Below are positions 58,544-64,000 of a stretch of 64,000 nucleotides of DNA, piece by piece; position 1 is the stretch's first letter; each line of letters begins with the position of its first letter. The DNA comes from Thermoprotei archaeon. Lineage in GTDB: Archaea; Thermoproteota; Thermoprotei; QMSL01; B3-G16. The translations under genes and the position numbers were made by a program. A model generated the notes under the pieces. That model searched no databases, had not been told where the DNA came from, and worked only from the letters and a program-made list of their open reading frames with translations. The DNA is taken from contig JAGGXX010000056.1 in NCBI GenBank assembly GCA_021162845.1, positions 16,729 through 80,728 on the forward strand, written 5' to 3'.

Positions 58544-59611
58544 CTACGTTTGAGAGACCTTCCTGTACTTATTAGCGGCCTCATATAGCGTCAATATGTT
58601 CCTTAACGGTGTTCCCTTTAGAATGGTGTGTGAAGGTCTTAGTATATAACCCGTAGGCCCTAGCTCTTCGATGCGTTTCCTCGCTTCCTCGGCTACCTCT
58701 TCGGGTGTTCCGAACGGCAACGTCTTCTGTATGCTTATAGCCCCTTCAAAGCTCAGTTTATCCCCATATTCACGCTTGATCTTAGCTGGATCCATGGTCT
58801 CAGGCTGTAATGGTTCTAAAACGTCTACACCCACCTCTATCAAATCCGGTATTATCGGTTCTATCCACCCATCGCTATGGAAGTGGAAGAATGCGCCTTT
58901 GCTATGGATAATCCATGCTAGCTTCTTATACCTAGGCTTAAGGTACTTCCTCCACAAGCGAGGCGAGATCAACATCGTGCCTTGAGCCCCCACGTCATCG
59001 CCGTTGTATATCTCATCCACCCCTGCCTCGAGCAGGAGCTTTGCTTGAGTATAAGTTATCTCGAAGAGCTTATCCAAGACCTTATCTACGGTTTTATCCC
59101 CCATAATCATGCGCTTGAATATCTCGTTAAAGCCAAAGAGCCTACACGCTTGTTCGAACGCCTGCAGCGTGTAACCCATGATGCAATAATCCTCATATTT
59201 CCTCCTGTACTCCATAGCAACATCTAGGCTTTCCTCGTCCACCTCTGGCCATGGATACTCCTCAACATCCATCTCCTTAAGTGGATGTATTATATCTATG
59301 CTATGCCCCTCCTTAAGAGGAAGGGCCCATACTACGCCGAATATATCCCTTCTCAGGATTCTTCCCTTCTCATCTTTATATACCTCCTCCTTGAATCCTC
59401 CCTTAAGTCTTACCCCTACCATCGTTATCCCAGGAGGCCCTCTGTAGTCGACCTTCAGGTATGCCAGGAGCTTCTCATAACTGCTCAGATCCAGATACTT
59501 CAGTAGGCTGTTGAGCGGTTCGGGCGTGTCTATCCATAGGTTCAAGGGTATCATGTCGACCTCTTCCCTCTTTATGGCCCTTATGCACCTCTCCCTAGAC
59601 GTATAACCCAT
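58544..59611 (-). CDS. URO-D/MtaA-like superfamily protein (paralogue 3 of 3)
   Basis: The 355-aa ORF has NGDDVGAQGTMLISPRLWRKYLKPRYKKL...HFHSDGWIEPIIPDLIEVGVDVLEPLQP and FGTPEEVAEEARKRIE. It shares blocks with paralogue 1. Confidence 0.7.
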   Translation of the reverse strand: MGYTSRERCIRAIKREEVDMIPLNLWIDTPEPLNSLLKYLDLSSYEKLLAYLKVDYRGPPGITMVGVRLKGGFKEEVYKDEKGRILRRDIFGVVWALPLKEGHSIDIIHPLKEMDVEEYPWPEVDEESLDVAMEYRRKYEDYCIMGYTLQAFEQACRLFGFNEIFKRMIMGDKTVDKVLDKLFEITYTQAKLLLEAGVDEIYNGDDVGAQGTMLISPRLWRKYLKPRYKKLAWIIHSKGAFFHFHSDGWIEPIIPDLIEVGVDVLEPLQPETMDPAKIKREYGDKLSFEGAISIQKTLPFGTPEEVAEEARKRIEELGPTGYILRPSHTILKGTPLRNILTLYEAANKYRKVSQT

Positions 59612-59935
59612 AAGATCACCTCAGTCAAGCTAACTATGCATCTAGAGAGGGGTTTTTGTAATAAATAATGATTTCTGTTCCAGTTAGTCTTCTTCTGACG
59701 CTCATAATTTGATTAGATCGATGTAAAAATAAACACCTTCTTAATGAGTCACACTCATGGTGGGTAAGTCCGGTATCGGTCGCGGGCTGATGTTTACTCT
59801 TAGGGCTTGTGATGACCTCATATGGCAAAAAATTTATTAAAGAGCTCTATGAGAAATTAGCGGCAGTAATCTCATGATTGACTACTTGGTTCCCTTCGCT
59901 TAAGGGCATCTCAAGCTCATGATCCTTCCTGAGAG

Positions 59936-61129
59936 GTGATTACTATGAAGATATGTATCCTTAGTACCTATCCCCCTGCTAAGTGTGGTATAGCTGAGTA
60001 CGCGGGTGAGCTCGTCCAAGCACTAAGGAATAGGAATATCAAAGTAAGGGTCATAGCCGTAGATCAAGGCGTGGAGCGCCTATCATATCCTAGCACAGTT
60101 AAGTACGTGGTAAACCGTGACGATATGAAGGACTACTTAGAAGCCGCTAAGCGTGTTAACCATATGGGCGTCGATGCAGTTCTCATACAGCATGAATACG
60201 GCATATTCGGAGGTGAGTGGGGTAGTTACCTATTAGAGTTCATGGAAAGAGTGCGTGCGCCTATAGTGACGACATTACATACCACGGTACCCCCCTTCGA
60301 TGAGGTAATGGGGGAGGTTACGAGGCAGATACTGGAGCTCAGCGATATGATAACAGTGATGAGCCAGGGCTCACTTAAGGTGCTAGATAGATATTACGGC
60401 GTCAACGGAAGATATAAGATACGTGTGGTGCCCCATGGCGTACGCTCCATCCCTACGGAAGGGAGGAGGCTCATCAGAGCTGAATTAGGGATCTCAGATC
60501 GCTTCGTAATGCTGACTATAGGCTTCTTAGGCCCTAATAAGGGCATAGAATATGCTATCAAGGCACTACCTAAGATCCAGAGATATGTGGACAACATCCT
60601 ATACCTAATAGTGGGGATAGTACATCCTAAATCGAAGGTATTCTACGGCGACTCCTATTACAAAAAGCTCGTGAGGCTTACCACGAGGCTAGGTGTTGAG
60701 GATAAGGTATTATTCATAAACAAGTTCCCCGATAAGGAAGAATATGTCAGATATATAGTAGCTAGCGATGTCATGGTCCTACCGTACATAGATAAGATGC
60801 AGGTCTCTAGCGGGACTCTTTCATATGCGCTGAGTTATGGAAAAGCCGTAGTGGCGACGCCCTTTGTATACGCTAGGGACTTACTCTCAGGTGGACGTGG
60901 CATACTATGCAAATTTAAGGATCCCGACTCAATAGCTGAAGCCGTCATAAGGCTCGCTAAGGATCCAGGGCTTAAGGCCGAAATCGAGACGAAGGCTCTG
61001 GAATGCGGCTTAAAGCTTAGATGGGAGGTAGTAGTAGAGGACTTCTTAGGAGTATTCATGGATGTGGTTCTGAGAAAGCTAATAGGGGGTGTGGCTCATG
61101 TTGCCCCCACTTACGCTCAGGTATCTTGA
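59936..61129 (+). CDS. GT4-family (group 1) glycosyltransferase
   Basis: The 397-aa ORF has MKICILSTYPPAKCGIAEYA at the N-terminus. The GT-B C-terminal half has FLGPNKGIEY...VLPY...SGTLSYALSYGKAVVAT. Confidence 0.85.
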   Translation: MITMKICILSTYPPAKCGIAEYAGELVQALRNRNIKVRVIAVDQGVERLSYPSTVKYVVNRDDMKDYLEAAKRVNHMGVDAVLIQHEYGIFGGEWGSYLLEFMERVRAPIVTTLHTTVPPFDEVMGEVTRQILELSDMITVMSQGSLKVLDRYYGVNGRYKIRVVPHGVRSIPTEGRRLIRAELGISDRFVMLTIGFLGPNKGIEYAIKALPKIQRYVDNILYLIVGIVHPKSKVFYGDSYYKKLVRLTTRLGVEDKVLFINKFPDKEEYVRYIVASDVMVLPYIDKMQVSSGTLSYALSYGKAVVATPFVYARDLLSGGRGILCKFKDPDSIAEAVIRLAKDPGLKAEIETKALECGLKLRWEVVVEDFLGVFMDVVLRKLIGGVAHVAPTYAQVS

Positions 61130-62156
61130 GGAGTTCACCGATGACACGGGTCTCTTCCAGCATGCCAAATACTCGGTCCCAGATCGCAGGAAGGGATACT
61201 CCACCGATGATAACGCTAGAGCGCTTATCGTAGTCTCTAAGCACTATGATGTTTACGGCTGGGAGGTCTCCATACGCCTAGCTAGGATATACTTAAGCTT
61301 CCTGTACTACATGCAGAGGAAGGACGGATTCTTCTATAACAAGTTAAGCTATGATAGGCAGCGTAAATGGGATGTCAACGATGATAGTTATGGGCGATCC
61401 ATGTGGGGATGTGCAGCCCTGTACTCCTCTCACATGCCTGATAAGCTCAGGCTGTTGGCGAAAGAACTGTTGGATAGTTCGCTTAAGGCCGTAAAGAGGT
61501 TAAGGGCACCCAGAGGGATGGCGTTCACGATATTGGCCCTTCATGAGTATCACTCCAAGGTGGGCGATGAAGGTATCACGGAACTGATAAGTAGGTTAGC
61601 TTGGAATCTGGTAGAGCTATATGAGGGGATCTCGGATGACTCGTGGAAGTGGTTTGAGGACGTGATGACATATGAGAACGCTAGGTTACCACAGGCCCTC
61701 TTCTTAGCTTATGACGCGACCAGGGAAAGAAGGTTCCTTGAGGTAGCTACGGAGTCCTTTGACTTCCTATGCAAGGTCACACTAGTGAACGGCATGTTCT
61801 GGCCTATAGGTAATCGAGGATGGTATAAGCGTGGCGGACTCAGAGCCCTCTATGATCAGCAACCTGTTGAGGCCGGAAGCATGGTTGAAGCAGCGCTCAC
61901 GGGCTTTGAGGTTACGGGCAAGGAGAAGTATATTAAGATAGCTAAGATAGCCATGGAGTGGTACCTGGGTAGGAATTCCGCTAGGTTAAAGCTATACGAT
62001 GAGGAAACGGGCGGATGCTATGATGGGATAAACCCCTATGGCCTGAACTTCAACCAAGGTGCTGAATCAGCGTTAAGCTATTTACTCGCTAGGCTTAAGT
62101 TTGAAGAGGTACAGGTTAAATTGGGTTATCGTCTGCTTACGGCTTCCCTAAGGTAG
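61089..62156 (+). CDS. hypothetical helical-repeat protein, possibly an (alpha/alpha)-toroid, coupled to the GT4 gene
   Basis: The 355-aa ORF overlaps the GT4 3' end by 32-41 nt, depending on whether the GTG at 61089 or the ATG at 61098 is used. It has GLFQHAKYSVPDRRKGYSTDDNARALIV and regularly spaced aromatic/Gly helices. Function is not assignable. Confidence 0.45.
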   Translation: MWLMLPPLTLRYLEEFTDDTGLFQHAKYSVPDRRKGYSTDDNARALIVVSKHYDVYGWEVSIRLARIYLSFLYYMQRKDGFFYNKLSYDRQRKWDVNDDSYGRSMWGCAALYSSHMPDKLRLLAKELLDSSLKAVKRLRAPRGMAFTILALHEYHSKVGDEGITELISRLAWNLVELYEGISDDSWKWFEDVMTYENARLPQALFLAYDATRERRFLEVATESFDFLCKVTLVNGMFWPIGNRGWYKRGGLRALYDQQPVEAGSMVEAALTGFEVTGKEKYIKIAKIAMEWYLGRNSARLKLYDEETGGCYDGINPYGLNFNQGAESALSYLLARLKFEEVQVKLGYRLLTASLR

Positions 62157-62225
62157 ATAGTTCCTTATTAAAAATCGCGAACTTTCCGCCAACCTTAATT
62201 CATACTACTAAATGCTCGCTAAAAT

Positions 62226-62245
62226 GATTTTTTAGTTAAAAAATC
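62226..62245. terminator. palindromic bidirectional T-tract element between convergent genes
   Basis: In GATTTTTTA-GT-TAAAAAATC the 9-bp arms are exact reverse complements. This gives an oligo-T run on each strand just after the convergent stops at 62156 and 62263. Confidence 0.4.
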
Positions 62246-62262
62246 CTTCATGCGTTAAGTAA

Positions 62263-64000
62263 TCATATCTCTCCAGATAAGCTAAACGTGTAAGTTCCTG
62301 AACCAACGCTGAATACTATGTAGTCCCCCTCTTCCTTTCCCCCATCGATGCCTTCTACTCCTCCCATGTAGCTTCCCTTGCTCCATATGACCGTGTCTCC
62401 CTCCTTAACTATAACATCCTTCAATCCCATCTTCGGAACGTACACTATTGCCTTGCTATTCACCGGAATGGTGACCTTCATTACTATTGAGTTATGTGTT
62501 CTAGCCCATTCGCACGCCACCATGCCCCTTATGGTCTTAACTGAGGCGCTTACATGTTCTAGATCGCCTACTACGCATGGCTTTATCATGAACTGCTCAA
62601 AGCCTGGGGCAGAAGGGTCCACGTTTATACCTGCTAATACCTTATAGAACCATATGTCCACGCTACCGAACATTATGTGATTATGGGAATTCATACCGCT
62701 ACCAGCTAAGTATTCCCATCTCTCCCATAACGTAGTAGCCCCTTCCTTTATCATGTAACCCCAGCTTGGGTAAGTCGTCTGGGTAGCTATAGCGTATGCT
62801 AGGTCTGCCCTTCCGTACCTCGTTAGCGTCTCCAAGAGGTACCTTGTTCCCACTATACCGGTATTTAGATGCTTATCGTGAAGTACCTCTATGTCGTTGA
62901 TTAAGTGCTTTAGCACGGCATCGACTTTATCCTCGGGCACCATGTCTAGGTACAAGGGTAATGTGTCACATGTCTGACTTCCCATAGCATAATGATCATC
63001 CCTGAGGAACTCCTTATTGAAGGCTTCCTTTATTTTCTCTGCAAGCTCAGAGTACATCTTAGCATCCTCAGCCTTGCCTAATACCTCAGCTATTTTGGAC
63101 AGTGTTAAGGCATCGTGATAGAAGACCCAGGTCGATACGAGTTCCCCAGGGGTTTCAACGGGCCTTATATGGGCTGGAGGACACCAATCACCATACTTAC
63201 TAAAGCGTAATATGTACCCCTCCGCCTTTGAGGCTAGGAAGTCAACCCATCTCTTAATCCCTTCATAGGCCTCTTCGAGGATCCTCAGATCCCCGTAATA
63301 AACGTATAGTAACCAGGGTATGACGACGTAGGCTGTGCCCCAGGCTGGATCAGCGGGATATAGGCGCCAATAAGGCGGCACCACGTCCGGTACACTACCG
63401 TCTTCGGCCTGCGCATCCATGATATCCCTTATCCACTTCTCATAGAAGCCCGGCATCCAAAAGTTAAGTATGGCCTCCTCAGCGGTGAGCTGCGCATCCC
63501 CCATCCACCCCATCCTCTCATCCCTTTGGGGACAGTCCGTAGGAACGCTCATCAGATTGCTGAGCTGGCCCCACCTGATGTTCCTATGTATCTGATTGAT
63601 TAGGGGATTAGAACACACGAACCCCCCTACGCTTTCGACATCCGTATGAACGACCACGCCCTCTAAGTTCTCGAGGGCTGGGGTTCCGGGAAAGCCCGTT
63701 ACCTCTACGTACCTAAATCCATGATACGTGAACCTAGGCTCATATACCTCGATACCTTCGCCCTTTAGGATGTAAACGTCAGTGGCCTTGGCCTTCCTAT
63801 TTGGCTTAGTGTTAATGCTCCCATCCTCGTATATTAGTTCAGCGTACCTGAGCTTGACCTCGGTCCCTCTAGGTCCGCTGACCTTGAGCCTAACCCAACC
63901 CGTAAAGTTCTGGCCGAAATCATAGACGTAAACCCCAGGTCTGGGGTTAAGTATCCTAATCGGCTGTATGGTTTTAACGGCCCTAATAGGTGGGAACGAA
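62263..64000 (-). CDS. GH78 alpha-L-rhamnosidase (5' end beyond the window)
   Basis: It has PTDCPQRDERMGWMGDAQL, the GH78 signature. The frame stays open upstream of the listed Met to the window edge (..YDFGQNFTGWVRLKVSGPRGTEVKLRYAE..FTYHGFRYVEVTGFPG), so the gene is partial. Confidence 0.9.
   Translation of the reverse strand, partial: SFPPIRAVKTIQPIRILNPRPGVYVYDFGQNFTGWVRLKVSGPRGTEVKLRYAELIYEDGSINTKPNRKAKATDVYILKGEGIEVYEPRFTYHGFRYVEVTGFPGTPALENLEGVVVHTDVESVGGFVCSNPLINQIHRNIRWGQLSNLMSVPTDCPQRDERMGWMGDAQLTAEEAILNFWMPGFYEKWIRDIMDAQAEDGSVPDVVPPYWRLYPADPAWGTAYVVIPWLLYVYYGDLRILEEAYEGIKRWVDFLASKAEGYILRFSKYGDWCPPAHIRPVETPGELVSTWVFYHDALTLSKIAEVLGKAEDAKMYSELAEKIKEAFNKEFLRDDHYAMGSQTCDTLPLYLDMVPEDKVDAVLKHLINDIEVLHDKHLNTGIVGTRYLLETLTRYGRADLAYAIATQTTYPSWGYMIKEGATTLWERWEYLAGSGMNSHNHIMFGSVDIWFYKVLAGINVDPSAPGFEQFMIKPCVVGDLEHVSASVKTIRGMVACEWARTHNSIVMKVTIPVNSKAIVYVPKMGLKDVIVKEGDTVIWSKGSYMGGVEGIDGGKEEGDYIVFSVGSGTYTFSLSGEI

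Overview
Family calls below come from reading the ORF translations and recalling motifs. No database search or alignment program was run.

The window looks like an accessory carbohydrate-utilisation island from a prokaryote, most likely a thermophilic archaeon of the Thermoproteota type. This rests on AT-rich TATA-like boxes about 20-35 nt upstream of many starts (near-leaderless genes), frequent GTG/TTG starts, 1-4 nt gene overlaps, many VapBC and HEPN/MNT pairs, and a DUF3782-like/PD-(D/E)xK protein. The taxonomic call is inference only.

- **Coding content.** There are many glycosidases: GH4, a GH42-like TIM barrel, two membrane-anchored clan-A enzymes, a GH2 LacZ-type beta-galactosidase, a decayed GH31 and a GH78 rhamnosidase. 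Alongside them are two FAD-oxidoreductases (one fused to a discoidin-like domain), three alkaline-phosphatase-superfamily enzymes, three URO-D/MtaA-like paralogues, an HpcH-type aldolase, amidohydrolase-fold proteins, a DegT-type aminotransferase, a xylose-isomerase-like TIM protein, a GT4 glycosyltransferase, a lactate-permease-family transporter and a complete glpK-glpABC glycerol cluster.
- **Interspersed elements.** Five to six toxin-antitoxin loci are present (two VapBC-type, one of them decayed; two MNT/HEPN; one PIN fragment pair; one UPF0175/PIN triad), plus a LemA-DUF2207 pair and a 1231-aa orphan surface protein.
- **Not found.** I saw no rRNA, tRNA, CRISPR array, transposase or integrase.
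- **Most unusual observations.**
  1. An antitoxin-PIN-antitoxin triad whose two antitoxin genes share a 67-bp perfectly identical tract.
  2. The giant surface protein, with an internal glycine-zipper membrane hairpin, a Cys-motif multi-helix C-terminus and a very AT-rich upstream region.
  3. An amidohydrolase paralogue split by one in-frame TAG.
  4. A scarred junction where a TA island truncates a GH31 gene and lacZ ends inside a remnant of a GH4 gene start.
  5. A sulfatase-fold enzyme with Thr at the formylglycine position.
  6. A candidate C/D-box sRNA.

I cannot show that any of these is a previously undescribed system. They are ranked hypotheses with explicit tests.
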